The notes beneath the pieces are model-generated. The model did not search any database and had not been told where the DNA came from. It was given only the letters and a program-made list of their open reading frames with translations. A DNA stretch of 64,000 nucleotides from Longimicrobiales bacterium. Lineage in GTDB: Bacteria > Gemmatimonadota > Gemmatimonadetes > Longimicrobiales > Gaopeijiaceae. Shown piece after piece: positions 9,762 through 18,693 of this stretch (within the stretch, counting starts at the first letter, position 1; every line of letters begins with the position of its first letter). The stretch spans positions 2,092,302 through 2,156,301 of the forward strand of contig OY730414.1 in the NCBI GenBank assembly GCA_963422615.1, read 5' to 3'. Position numbers and translations under genes: made by a program.

Positions 9762-10772
9762 GTGGACCGCCGCACCCTTGTTGTGCTCGGGACTGCCCTG
9801 GTCACGTCCCTTCCGAGCCTCGGACGGGCCCAGGAGCTCGACACCGCCTCGTGGGAGAGGGGGTGGATCGGCGTCCGCTTCGACCTGAGCACCGTGACCG
9901 GGCCGGGAGCAGGCAGGAACCCGCCCTCCTCCGCAATCCTCATCACCGAGGTCTACCGAAGCGGCCCTGCCGATCTGGGTGGACTTCTCCCGGGCGACCG
10001 AGTCCTGACTGTGGACGGCAGGTCCCTGCCGACCTACGACGCCTGGATGCGCTATCTGGCCAATGTAGCTCCCGGGCAGACCCTCCGCTTGAGGCTGGAT
10101 CGAAACAACCGGGAACAGGAGGCCACGATCGTCGTCGGCCCCCGGCCTTCGTCGATGTCGCCGGAATCCGTCCTGGACCGGGCCGCTCGTGTCCGGGAAA
10201 GACTATTCCGGAGCATCGACTCTCTCTTGGAGGCCGTCGTCGCGGACGGGCAGGAAAATGGTTTGCGATTTCGAAGTGGCGTGTTTCCCCGGGGCCTCTT
10301 GCAAGCGGACAGCGAACTCGTACAGGAGGGCAGCGAAGAAGACTCCTTGTCCCGCTTCCCAATGGCCGAAGGCCAGGTCCTCAACGAAGGCGGCCTTCGT
10401 CCGGCGGCGGCGGACGAAGGTCCGGCTTGGAGCCGAGGAAGTGAGGATTCGGAGTGGCCGCGCCTTCTGAGTCCTTACATCCTGGAGGGCTCCTTCATCC
10501 TGGGGGGGGCCCGGGCACGAAGCCTTACCGAGGAGCTGGGACACTACTTCGGCGTTCCGTCCGGCGTCCTCCTCACCGATGTGATCAACCTGAGTCCGGC
10601 ATGGCGAGCGGGGCTCCGTCCGGGGGACGTCATCGTCTCCGCCGACGACAGGAGCTTGGCCACGGTAGCGGAGTTGAGGGGGGTGCTGGCGGGAACTCCC
10701 GTCCCCTTCGAACTTACGGTGATCCGACGGGGAACGACCCGTCGGCTCTGGTACCCCCGTCCCCGCCAGTAG
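9762..10772 (+). CDS. Secreted tandem-PDZ domain protein without protease domain
   Basis: Two PDZ motifs (GWIGV...SGPADLGGLLPGDRVLTVDG; GVLLTDV..SPAWRAGLRPGDVIVS); signal peptide. Confidence 0.8.
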   Translation: MDRRTLVVLGTALVTSLPSLGRAQELDTASWERGWIGVRFDLSTVTGPGAGRNPPSSAILITEVYRSGPADLGGLLPGDRVLTVDGRSLPTYDAWMRYLANVAPGQTLRLRLDRNNREQEATIVVGPRPSSMSPESVLDRAARVRERLFRSIDSLLEAVVADGQENGLRFRSGVFPRGLLQADSELVQEGSEEDSLSRFPMAEGQVLNEGGLRPAAADEGPAWSRGSEDSEWPRLLSPYILEGSFILGGARARSLTEELGHYFGVPSGVLLTDVINLSPAWRAGLRPGDVIVSADDRSLATVAELRGVLAGTPVPFELTVIRRGTTRRLWYPRPRQ

Positions 10773-10894
10773 GGAAGGAGCACCTCCTTAGGCGTGCGGG
10801 GTGCGCGGTTACGGTGCCCCTCTTTGACCGAGTGGGGGGGCGGAGAATACCCTGACCACTCCCCCCTCTTCACTTCGGGATCGTTGAGGCCCCC

Positions 10895-12109
10895 TTACTC
10901 GTACCGAAGGGCGTCAATGGGATCCAGGAGGGACGCGCGCCGGGCCGGCCATATCCCGAAAAACAGCCCGATGGCAGCGGAAAACCCGAGTGCCGTGGCA
11001 ACGGCTCCCGGGGCAACGGCCGTATTCCACTCGGCGACCCGGGTAATCAGTTCCGCGCCTCCCGCCCCGGTCAGGACCCCCAGAGTCCCCCCCAAGACAC
11101 AGAGCACCAACGCCTCGATGAGGAACTGGAAGAGGATCGTCTTTCGGGTCGCGCCCAGGGCCTTCCGGATACCGATCTCGCGGGTCCGCTCCGTGACGCT
11201 CACCAGCATGATGTTCATGATGCCGATGCCCCCCACCAGCAAGCTGATCCCCGCGATCCCGGCCAGGAGCAGGCTGAAGGTTTGTTGGGTTTCGCTGAAG
11301 GTCTCCAGGATGTCGGAAGATCTCTGGATGCTGAAGTCGGCCTCCTCGCTAGGAAGAATGCGGTGTTCGCGCCGGATCACCTGGTCGATTTCCGCCCAGG
11401 CCGGTTCCAGTTGTTCGGGCGACGGCGCGGCCACGTAGATCGAACGCAACCAGTCCCGTCCCCCCATGACCCGGTACATGGCCGTAGAGAGGGGGATGAA
11501 TATCTGGTCGTCGGGCCGCATCCACATGGCGCCCCCTTTTTCCTTCAGGACGCCGACCACCTCGAAGGGGATTCCCCGGATCTGGATGGTGCGACCCACG
11601 AGGAGCCCCGGAGGAGTCCCCAAATCCTCGGGCACATTGGAGCCCAGAACCGCCACCCGCCGCTTCCCCTGCACTTCGCCGTAGTGGAAGAAGCGACCGT
11701 ATTCGGGCAGATGGTTGTAGGTGGAGAAGTAGGAAGGCCATGTTCCCACCACGGAATTCGAAGAATTCCAGCGTAGGTAGGACACCTGAAGGCGACTCTC
11801 GATCTCGGGGGCAATCTCGTACCGACTTCCGAGCTGGTTCCTCAACGCCTCGGCATCGTCCAATCCCAGGCGGCGACTGCCGCTCGCGACACCCCGGAAG
11901 AACCCTTGGCCGGGCCGAACCGTCAGAATGTTGGTCCCCATGGTCTCAATCTGCTCCTGGACCCTTCGCTGAGCCCCCTCCCCCAGGGCGACCATGGTGA
12001 TCACCGCGGCAGAACCGATCACGATGCCCAGGGTGGTAAGGGCGGAGCGAAGCGCGTTGGCGCGAATTGAGGCCAGCGCGACCACAAGGGTTTCCTTGAT
12101 GATGAACAT
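10895..12109 (-). CDS. ABC transporter permease, MacB/FtsX family
   Basis: RSALTTLGIVIG, GGIGIMNIMLVSVTERTREIGIRKALGA, PARRASLLDPIDALRYE. Confidence 0.95.
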   Translation of the reverse strand: MFIIKETLVVALASIRANALRSALTTLGIVIGSAAVITMVALGEGAQRRVQEQIETMGTNILTVRPGQGFFRGVASGSRRLGLDDAEALRNQLGSRYEIAPEIESRLQVSYLRWNSSNSVVGTWPSYFSTYNHLPEYGRFFHYGEVQGKRRVAVLGSNVPEDLGTPPGLLVGRTIQIRGIPFEVVGVLKEKGGAMWMRPDDQIFIPLSTAMYRVMGGRDWLRSIYVAAPSPEQLEPAWAEIDQVIRREHRILPSEEADFSIQRSSDILETFSETQQTFSLLLAGIAGISLLVGGIGIMNIMLVSVTERTREIGIRKALGATRKTILFQFLIEALVLCVLGGTLGVLTGAGGAELITRVAEWNTAVAPGAVATALGFSAAIGLFFGIWPARRASLLDPIDALRYE

Positions 12110-12130
12110 TGAAGTGGTTCCTCTCCCGGC

Positions 12131-13777
12131 TCAGCCGCCGAAGGGTCTTCCCCCCATCCTGTTTCGGATACGGTTGATCCGGTCCTGCTGCTGGGCCTGG
12201 AGCTGAGCCGCACCGATAAGAGCAAGCTCCTCTCCCTCCTCCAGGCCGGCAACGATCTCGGCGTAATCCCAGTCGCTCAAGCCCATTATGACGGGTCGAG
12301 CCTCAATATTCCCGGCTTGGTCAACGACGAACGCGACGGCGGGCTGGTACGCCGGATCGCCAGTTGAACCCCCTAGCGCGACACCCCATCCCCCCCCGGT
12401 ACCATTTCCCCCCTGGGGGGAGACAGCGGGCCCTCCGGAAATCGGATCCCTCCCCCCGGCCCTTTCTCCGTCCGGGGCCTCGGCCGCCAGGGGCGCTTCC
12501 CCGCCCTGGTCTTGGCGCCGGTTCCGCACGGAGGCGAACAGGGTCCTCGCCGAATCCTGCGTGATCTCGCCCGATTCCAACCGAGCCCGAATCCCGGCCA
12601 GCGCGGATCCGCCGGGACCACCGCCTTGCCGGGTGGCGCTCGGCCCCGCACCCGGAATACCGCTGTTGGGCGTCCCGGCGCCGCCGGCCCGGGCGGCCGC
12701 CTGAGCCATGAGGGCGCCCCAGGCAGTGCGATCAATGGACACGCTTTGAGGATCCAGGCCCAGCACCTCGGCGGCAGGCGCCAACTCCCGGGGTTGCACC
12801 ACCGCGTTGTTTGGAACGGTTAGGGTCGCGATTCGCTGGTCCACCAGAACCTCCACCTCGGCGTTCATCCCGGGCTTGAGCAAGCCGGCGCGGTTGTCCA
12901 ACAGAACGATCACGGGAAACATGGTGACGTTCTGTACCACGACCGCCTGGGGTTCGACCTTTTCGATCTCTCCCTGGAAGGTCCGATCCGAAAACGCCTC
13001 GACGCTGACCGTTGCGGTCATGCCCGCGGTGAGCTGACCCACATCCGTTTCGTCCACAAGGGTGCGAACCCGCATGTCGGCCAGGTTCGCCATGACGAAG
13101 AGCGTCGTGCCCCCGGAAACATTCCCCGTGGCCGACTGGATCACCTGACCATCCTCCACGCTCTTTTCGAGAATCGTGCCCGCCATGGGCGCGCGGATGG
13201 TGACGTCGGTCAGTCGAAGCTCGGCCAACTCCAAGTTGGTCTGGGCTCGCACCAGGGCCGCCAGAGCGTTGGCGTTTTCCAGCTCCTGGGACTCGTACTC
13301 CTGGGCGGTAATGACTTCGGATTCCAGAAGTTCCGCGGAGCGGTCAAGGCGGGCCTGGGCAATGGCCAAGCGGGCCTCGGCGACATCAAGATCCGCAACC
13401 GCCTGGTCGTGGGCATTCTCCACGTCCCGGGGGTCGACGGAAGCCAGAAGCGCACCGGGTTCGACTTCGTCGCCGGAATCGACGTAGAGCTGGAGGATCT
13501 CGCCCGACGCCTTGGATTTGACTTCGACCTTGCGAACCGGTTCCAGCTCTCCGGACGCCTCGGCGGTGATCCTCAGGTCCCGGAATTCGGCGGGTGTGGT
13601 TTGGATGACGACGCCCGCGTTTTCCTCTCCGGAGGCGCACGCCGCCAGCGCCCCCATGGAGAAGATCGCGCCTACCCGGGCCACGGTGAGCGCCCGCTTT
13701 CGGGGCCGGCTGTCGTGCATACCGGGAGCCGGAAGCTGTCGTCTCCGGCTTGCCCGATCAGGGTTTGAAGAGGTCAT
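12131..13777 (-). CDS. Efflux membrane-fusion protein, MacA/HlyD family lipoprotein
   Basis: LAAC lipobox; [34 protein letters not shown] motifs; Gly-rich insertion. Confidence 0.92.
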   Translation of the reverse strand: MTSSNPDRASRRRQLPAPGMHDSRPRKRALTVARVGAIFSMGALAACASGEENAGVVIQTTPAEFRDLRITAEASGELEPVRKVEVKSKASGEILQLYVDSGDEVEPGALLASVDPRDVENAHDQAVADLDVAEARLAIAQARLDRSAELLESEVITAQEYESQELENANALAALVRAQTNLELAELRLTDVTIRAPMAGTILEKSVEDGQVIQSATGNVSGGTTLFVMANLADMRVRTLVDETDVGQLTAGMTATVSVEAFSDRTFQGEIEKVEPQAVVVQNVTMFPVIVLLDNRAGLLKPGMNAEVEVLVDQRIATLTVPNNAVVQPRELAPAAEVLGLDPQSVSIDRTAWGALMAQAAARAGGAGTPNSGIPGAGPSATRQGGGPGGSALAGIRARLESGEITQDSARTLFASVRNRRQDQGGEAPLAAEAPDGERAGGRDPISGGPAVSPQGGNGTGGGWGVALGGSTGDPAYQPAVAFVVDQAGNIEARPVIMGLSDWDYAEIVAGLEEGEELALIGAAQLQAQQQDRINRIRNRMGGRPFGG

Positions 13778-14535
13778 TGGATTCTCGCTCCGTCGTTCCG
13801 GAAATCCCGCTCGATCAGTCCGTCCTTCAGATGTATCTGGCGGGACGCAGACGCTGCTATATCGCCTTCGTGGGTCACAAGGACGATGGTTTGTCCCCCC
13901 CGGTTCAACGCAACCAGGATGTCCACGATTTCCTGAGTGGTCCGGGAGTCCAGGTTCCCCGTCGGCTCGTCAGCCAGCAACAGTGCGGGATCGTTGACCA
14001 AGGCACGGGCAATGGCGACGCGCTGGCGCTGGCCACCAGAGAGCTCCGGCGGCTTGTGATCCATCCGGTCCCCCAATCCCACCCTGTCCAGCTTTTCTTC
14101 GGCGCGCCGCCTCCTCTCCTTGGCGGATGTGCCCGCGTAGATCAGCGGGAGCTCGACATTGTGAAGGGACGTCGCCCGCGGGAGGAGGTTGAAGGTCTGG
14201 AAGACGAACCCGATATCCCGATTGCGAACCCGGGCCAGCTGATCGTCCGACAGCTCCGATACCCTCCGGTTGTTGAGCCAGTATTCCCCCCCCGTAGGCG
14301 TGTCGAGACAGCCGACGAGGTTCATGAAGGTGGACTTCCCGCTCCCCGAGGGTCCCATGATTGCCACAAACTCACCGCGGCGAATTACCAGGTCCACGTT
14401 CCGAACGGCCTTCACGGTCTCGGCCCCCAGGACATAGTACTTCCGCAGTCCTTCGGTACGGATGACGACATCGTTCCCCGTTCCCCCACCGCCGTTGCCC
14501 ATCTTTCTCCCTCCTGTTTCTCCGTACTGTGTCAA
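13774..14535 (-). CDS. ABC transporter ATP-binding protein (MacB/LolD type)
   Basis: [31 protein letters not shown]. Confidence 0.96.
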   Translation of the reverse strand: MTQYGETGGRKMGNGGGGTGNDVVIRTEGLRKYYVLGAETVKAVRNVDLVIRRGEFVAIMGPSGSGKSTFMNLVGCLDTPTGGEYWLNNRRVSELSDDQLARVRNRDIGFVFQTFNLLPRATSLHNVELPLIYAGTSAKERRRRAEEKLDRVGLGDRMDHKPPELSGGQRQRVAIARALVNDPALLLADEPTGNLDSRTTQEIVDILVALNRGGQTIVLVTHEGDIAASASRQIHLKDGLIERDFRNDGARIQ

Positions 14536-15830
14536 AGTTCCCTCCCTACGATCGATTCGAGCTCCGCTTTCGCGAGCAAGTAGTCGTACCGGGCCGACAC
14601 CACGTCGGCTTGTGCCTGGTCCAGCGCGACCTGGCTCGTGATCACGTCCAGGATCGTGGACATCTGCACGGCGTACCGCTCCCGAATGAGCCGCAGGTCT
14701 TCTTCCGCCACGACCACCGCCTCCCTGGCGATCGCAATGGCCTGCTCCTGGGTTTCCAGGGTCCTCAAGGCCGCGTCCACTTCTTGACGGACACTCCGCC
14801 GGGCGTCCTCCTCGGTGAGCCGGGCCACGCGCCGGTTGCCCGACGCCTGATTCACGTTCTCCGAACGCTGGAATCCGTCAAAGAGCTGGTAGCTACCCGA
14901 CAGGCGCAGGTTCCAGCTTGCGTTGCCCCCTTGAAACGCCGGCTCCTGGTTGGCCCACGTGTACCCCGAAGACACCGACAGGGAGGGAAGATACGAACTT
15001 CTCGCGTTCCCCACGGAGGCGTCGGCCACCGCCGCTGCCGCCTCCGCGGACAGGACGGCCGGCGAAACCGATTCGGCCAGGGCAATGATCTCTTCTTCTT
15101 CAAGAGCAAGGGGAGCTGGATCCAGATTCCCGGGCGGGAGGGGCACGATCGGCTCGTCCGCGCCCACCTGCCGGCCCAAGGCAAACTGCGCCGCGCGAAG
15201 CTGGTTCCGGGCTTGGAGAAGCACCTGGCGGGCATTCGCCAGCTCCAGCCGGGTGCGGAGGCTGTCTGATCGGGTGCCGGTGCCCACCCGGACCCGGGTC
15301 CGGGTGATCTCGAGGCTCTCTTCCGCCCTGGCCACGCTTGCTTCCGCCACTTCCACCAGTTCGGCTTGGCGCAGGGAGTTCATGAAGAGCGTCCGGGTCT
15401 GCAACAGCACCGTGAAGCGCTGATTCCGCATTCGCGCCTCCGCTTCCAGGATCCCGAAGGCCGTGCGATCCAGTTCGTAGAACCTCCGGCCACCCTGGAA
15501 TACCTGGTATGAAGCGCTGAGAGACGCGTTGTACGAATCGTTGCTTCCGCTTACCACGCGCTGGGTCGCCGGGTCGAAGCGATCCTGGCTCTGCACCGAC
15601 GCCCCGGAGCCCACGCTGACGTTGGGGAGAAACGACCCCCAGGCCCGGCGCCGGGTTCCACCGGCGTTGGTAAGGTCGGCCTGGCTGCGGGCCAGCTGGG
15701 GGCTGTGCACGAGGGAAAGCTCCAGGGCCTCTTCCAGGGAAAGGGGCGCACCCTCCTCCTGGGCCCGTCCGGGGGCAGCGAGGGCCAGAAGCACCAGTCC
15801 CGGTGCAACCATCGTCATCCTTGTCAGCAT
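14532..15830 (-). CDS. TolC-family outer-membrane efflux protein
   Basis: Signal peptide, [13 protein letters not shown], two OEP repeats, [17 protein letters not shown]. Confidence 0.92.
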   Translation of the reverse strand: MLTRMTMVAPGLVLLALAAPGRAQEEGAPLSLEEALELSLVHSPQLARSQADLTNAGGTRRRAWGSFLPNVSVGSGASVQSQDRFDPATQRVVSGSNDSYNASLSASYQVFQGGRRFYELDRTAFGILEAEARMRNQRFTVLLQTRTLFMNSLRQAELVEVAEASVARAEESLEITRTRVRVGTGTRSDSLRTRLELANARQVLLQARNQLRAAQFALGRQVGADEPIVPLPPGNLDPAPLALEEEEIIALAESVSPAVLSAEAAAAVADASVGNARSSYLPSLSVSSGYTWANQEPAFQGGNASWNLRLSGSYQLFDGFQRSENVNQASGNRRVARLTEEDARRSVRQEVDAALRTLETQEQAIAIAREAVVVAEEDLRLIRERYAVQMSTILDVITSQVALDQAQADVVSARYDYLLAKAELESIVGREL

Positions 15831-15831
15831 T

Positions 15832-16296
15832 TCACCGTCCTCCCCTACTTCCTGAACGGCCCCCATCTCGTCGATCTTCCCGGGAGCTCCGTTCGCCGTC
15901 TCTGTTTCGGTCTTGGTATCGAACGGCCAGGAGAGAGTCGTACGTGGCCTCCTGGGCTGGCGACAGGACGGACTTGATGGAATCCCGGGTGCTCCGGATT
16001 AGGGCCCGCTGTCTCGGAGCGTACGCCCCTTGAAACTCTTCGTCCAAGGCCCGCATCCGGGCTCTGAAGTGCCGAATGATCTCGTCGACCTGGACCCGTC
16101 GTTCCGGCTCCAGACCCACCTCGTCGATGACCATGCGGCGGCCTTCCTGGCCCCCGTCTCCTCGGCTTCTCGCCTCTTCCGCCAAGGCGGCGGCCACCTG
16201 CCTCTTCTGCCACGCCATGCCCCCCAGAAACCCTGCGGCAAGGGTCAGAACGAGAAGGGCGGACGACAGCAGGCGAGGGTTCTTCAATTGAGCCAT
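15832..16296 (-). CDS. Periplasmic helical protein (Spy/CpxP/heavy-metal-sensor-like)
   Basis: TM anchor, LEPERR and LSPAQEATY (LTxxQ-like) motifs; inside the ECF operon. Confidence 0.6.
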   Translation of the reverse strand: MAQLKNPRLLSSALLVLTLAAGFLGGMAWQKRQVAAALAEEARSRGDGGQEGRRMVIDEVGLEPERRVQVDEIIRHFRARMRALDEEFQGAYAPRQRALIRSTRDSIKSVLSPAQEATYDSLLAVRYQDRNRDGERSSREDRRDGGRSGSRGGR

Positions 16297-16718
16297 TACG
16301 GATCATTCCCTTCCACGAGAGCCATGAACGCGATCGGGCTCGCGTGCAGCTCCCCCTGCATGACCGCCTGAAAGGAGCCGTCCCCCACCTCGTCTCCCAG
16401 GACGTCCTCAAGCGCCAGAGGAGGGGCCGCAGGAGCGGGGCCCCGATTCGCTTCGCTTCCGATCAGGAGGGCGGCGATCACCGCTGCAGCGAGCGCGACG
16501 GGGATCAAGCTCCGGGACCAGCTGGAGAGGACCGCCGCCACCGGCTGCTGCGCTTGCCGACGTCGCGTAGCCAGTTCGAATACAGCTCGGGCAAGCACGG
16601 CCGCATGAAACCGGTCCCAGTATCTCGGGTCGTCCCAAGCCGGGTCTGCGACCCCGATGCCCTTGAATCGATCTTCGTTTCCAGTACCCACTCCTGGACG
16701 TTCCCCTTCCCGGTTCAC
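16296..16718 (-). CDS. Probable anti-sigma factor
   Basis: GTG overlaps the sigma stop (GTGA); YWDRFHAAV motif followed by a single TM helix. Confidence 0.6.
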   Translation of the reverse strand: MNREGERPGVGTGNEDRFKGIGVADPAWDDPRYWDRFHAAVLARAVFELATRRRQAQQPVAAVLSSWSRSLIPVALAAAVIAALLIGSEANRGPAPAAPPLALEDVLGDEVGDGSFQAVMQGELHASPIAFMALVEGNDP

Positions 16719-17269
16719 GGTTCCTTGACGTCCCTCCACTCGGCCAACTGTATCCGCAATGCCTTTCTCGCAAAGTGGAGGTGCGACCTTACGGTTCCCT
16801 GCGGGATGCCCAAACGCTCCGAGATTTCTCTGTGCTTCCAGCCCTCCAGGTCGTGGAGCAGGACGATTTCCCGTTGTACCTCCGTCAGCGTGCTCAACGC
16901 CTCGTTCAGCCGGCTCCGAAGCTCGGAAATGTACGCCGCCTTGGCCGGACTCGGGCCCCGCGTCTTCGCGCTCGCCGGAATCTGTTCCCCCATCCGCAAC
17001 TTTCTCCGGCGAACGAGGTTCCGGGAGCGGTTCCTCACAATCGCCAGAAACCACCCCGCGAATCGGCTCGGGTTCCGGCAATCGTCCAGCCGCTGCAACG
17101 CGACCAGAAACGACTCCTGGGCCGCATCCTCGGCGTCATGGTGTTTCCCGGACACTGCCAAGGCGACGGCGTAGGCGGGTCTTTGGTAACGCCGGACCAG
17201 CTCTCCGAACGCTTCACTTTCGCCGGACCGAACCATCGTCACCAACTCCCCGTCGGATAACTCCCTCAT
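16715..17269 (-). CDS. ECF RNA polymerase sigma-70 factor
   Basis: SDGELV, AFGELVRRYQ, DAEDAAQESF, FAGWFLAIVRN, LHDLEGWKHREI, GTVRSHLHFAR. Confidence 0.93.
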   Translation of the reverse strand: MRELSDGELVTMVRSGESEAFGELVRRYQRPAYAVALAVSGKHHDAEDAAQESFLVALQRLDDCRNPSRFAGWFLAIVRNRSRNLVRRRKLRMGEQIPASAKTRGPSPAKAAYISELRSRLNEALSTLTEVQREIVLLHDLEGWKHREISERLGIPQGTVRSHLHFARKALRIQLAEWRDVKEP

Positions 17270-17329
17270 TTCCTGGAACAAGACACGTAGGGAGCCTTTC
17301 CCGTTGAGGCCACTTCGCCTTCCCTCGTT

Positions 17330-17357
17330 TCGGACGAGAGCCCACGAACCGGCGTTC
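17330..17357 (-). promoter_or_regulatory. Candidate ECF-sigma promoter (GAAC-N17-CGTC)
   Basis: Minus strand reads GAAC gccggttcgtgggctct CGTCCGA about 60 nt upstream of the sigma ATG. Confidence 0.35.
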
Positions 17358-17421
17358 GTCCCCGGCGGTATCGGTTCCGTTCCCGACCCCCAGAGCGAAG
17401 GCGCGGGTCCGCAGGGACAAC

Positions 17422-17994
17422 TCACCACCCTCTGTGGCCCCGGGACCTCCTCCGGCGGGAGGCCCTTCGACCCCGGCGCCGCTTCGGTTTTTCGGGTTCC
17501 CGCAGGGCCTCCCCTATGACCGCGACCAGGGTGTCCTCTGCTACTTCAGCCAGCCCTTTCGCTACTACGTAGGCGGTGTGCGTGGGGTTTGGCCGACCCT
17601 CAGGAGCCTCCACGGCCAGGCTCAGCAGTGGGGCGCCTGGGCCAACACCGGAGCCCACCGTGACGGCGCCCTTCAGGTGCACGGTCCAGACGGCGCCACC
17701 GACCGTGACCTCCCGGGATCGCACCGGGCAAGCGGAGCCGGCGGGGCTCCGGACCGGAAGATGGGACCCTTCCCGCGGGGACCCGGATTCTCCCAGATTC
17801 GCAGGCGGGGGCGCTCCCCCCGGAGAATCCCGACGGGCAGGAGCGGGCGTGGCCGTCTGCGCGTCCTTGCCGGAACCGGCGACGGGCGGGGCCCGCTTGG
17901 GAACGGCCCGAACGGAAGCAGGGCGGGCAGGCTCGGGAGACGTTGCAGCGGAGTCTCCCCGGGCTTTCCGGCCGCGGGTGGGGTGGGAGGTCAC
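17422..17994 (-). CDS. Hypothetical protein with low-complexity N-terminus
   Basis: Fills the gap in a minus-strand run; C-half looks folded (REVTVGGAVWTV...LLSLAVE). Start uncertain. Confidence 0.45.
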   Translation of the reverse strand: MTSHPTRGRKARGDSAATSPEPARPASVRAVPKRAPPVAGSGKDAQTATPAPARRDSPGGAPPPANLGESGSPREGSHLPVRSPAGSACPVRSREVTVGGAVWTVHLKGAVTVGSGVGPGAPLLSLAVEAPEGRPNPTHTAYVVAKGLAEVAEDTLVAVIGEALREPEKPKRRRGRRASRRRRSRGHRGW

Positions 17995-18057
17995 CGGTCC
18001 GCACCACCCCCAGGGAGGGTCGGGTCCGCCGGGCTGGCATCCATCGGAGACCGGCTC

Positions 18058-18609
18058 TCAGCCCGGCGGGTGATAAGGCACGGCGTCTTCGCCGAAGAAC
18101 AGGCGGATGTACTTGGCCTGAATGGGCGTAACCTTGCGAACCGCCCAGACGAGCTGAACCTGGTCGGGCTCACCGGGCCGGAACCCCAGGCGCAAACCCG
18201 CTTCGCGGGGAAGCCGGTTCCCCTTCCGATGGTTGCAGGTGGAGCAGGCCGTGACAACGTTGTCCCATGAGTTTCCGCCGCCTCGGGAGATGGGGAGAAT
18301 GTGGTCTCGGGTAAGGAACTCCCGCTTATGCAAATCGCTCTTTTGCCGGCCGCAATAGCAGCACGCGTAGCCGTCCCTGGCGAAGAGGAACGTGTTCGTC
18401 ACTTGCCTCCTGAACCGCCGGGGAACGTGAACGTACCGCACCAGGCGGATCACCAGCGGAAAGGGATGGTGGGAACGCACGGACCGGAAGGCCCGCCGGG
18501 CGTCGGCTTCCAGCACCTCGGCCTTTTCTTCCAGGACCAGTCGGATCGCTCTCCTCCCAGGGACGATCATCAAGGGCTCGTACGACGCGTTCAAAGCCAG
18601 GCAACTCAC
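18058..18609 (-). CDS. HNH endonuclease
   Basis: CLALNASYEPL, RDGYACCYCG, TRDHILPISRGG, WDNVVTACSTCNHRKG. Confidence 0.92.
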   Translation of the reverse strand: MSCLALNASYEPLMIVPGRRAIRLVLEEKAEVLEADARRAFRSVRSHHPFPLVIRLVRYVHVPRRFRRQVTNTFLFARDGYACCYCGRQKSDLHKREFLTRDHILPISRGGGNSWDNVVTACSTCNHRKGNRLPREAGLRLGFRPGEPDQVQLVWAVRKVTPIQAKYIRLFFGEDAVPYHPPG

Positions 18610-18693
18610 CGGTTTGCTCCTTGCGGGCGTCTTCGGGTGACCCTGGACGTTAACGCATCCGCCCGCGACGAAAAGGCCGGCCTCCCCTTGACC

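Noticed and set aside
18058..18609. HNH nuclease as a mobile or defence element
   Set aside because: Matches the common stand-alone LNAxYEPL-type HNH family, has host-like composition and no flanking repeats.
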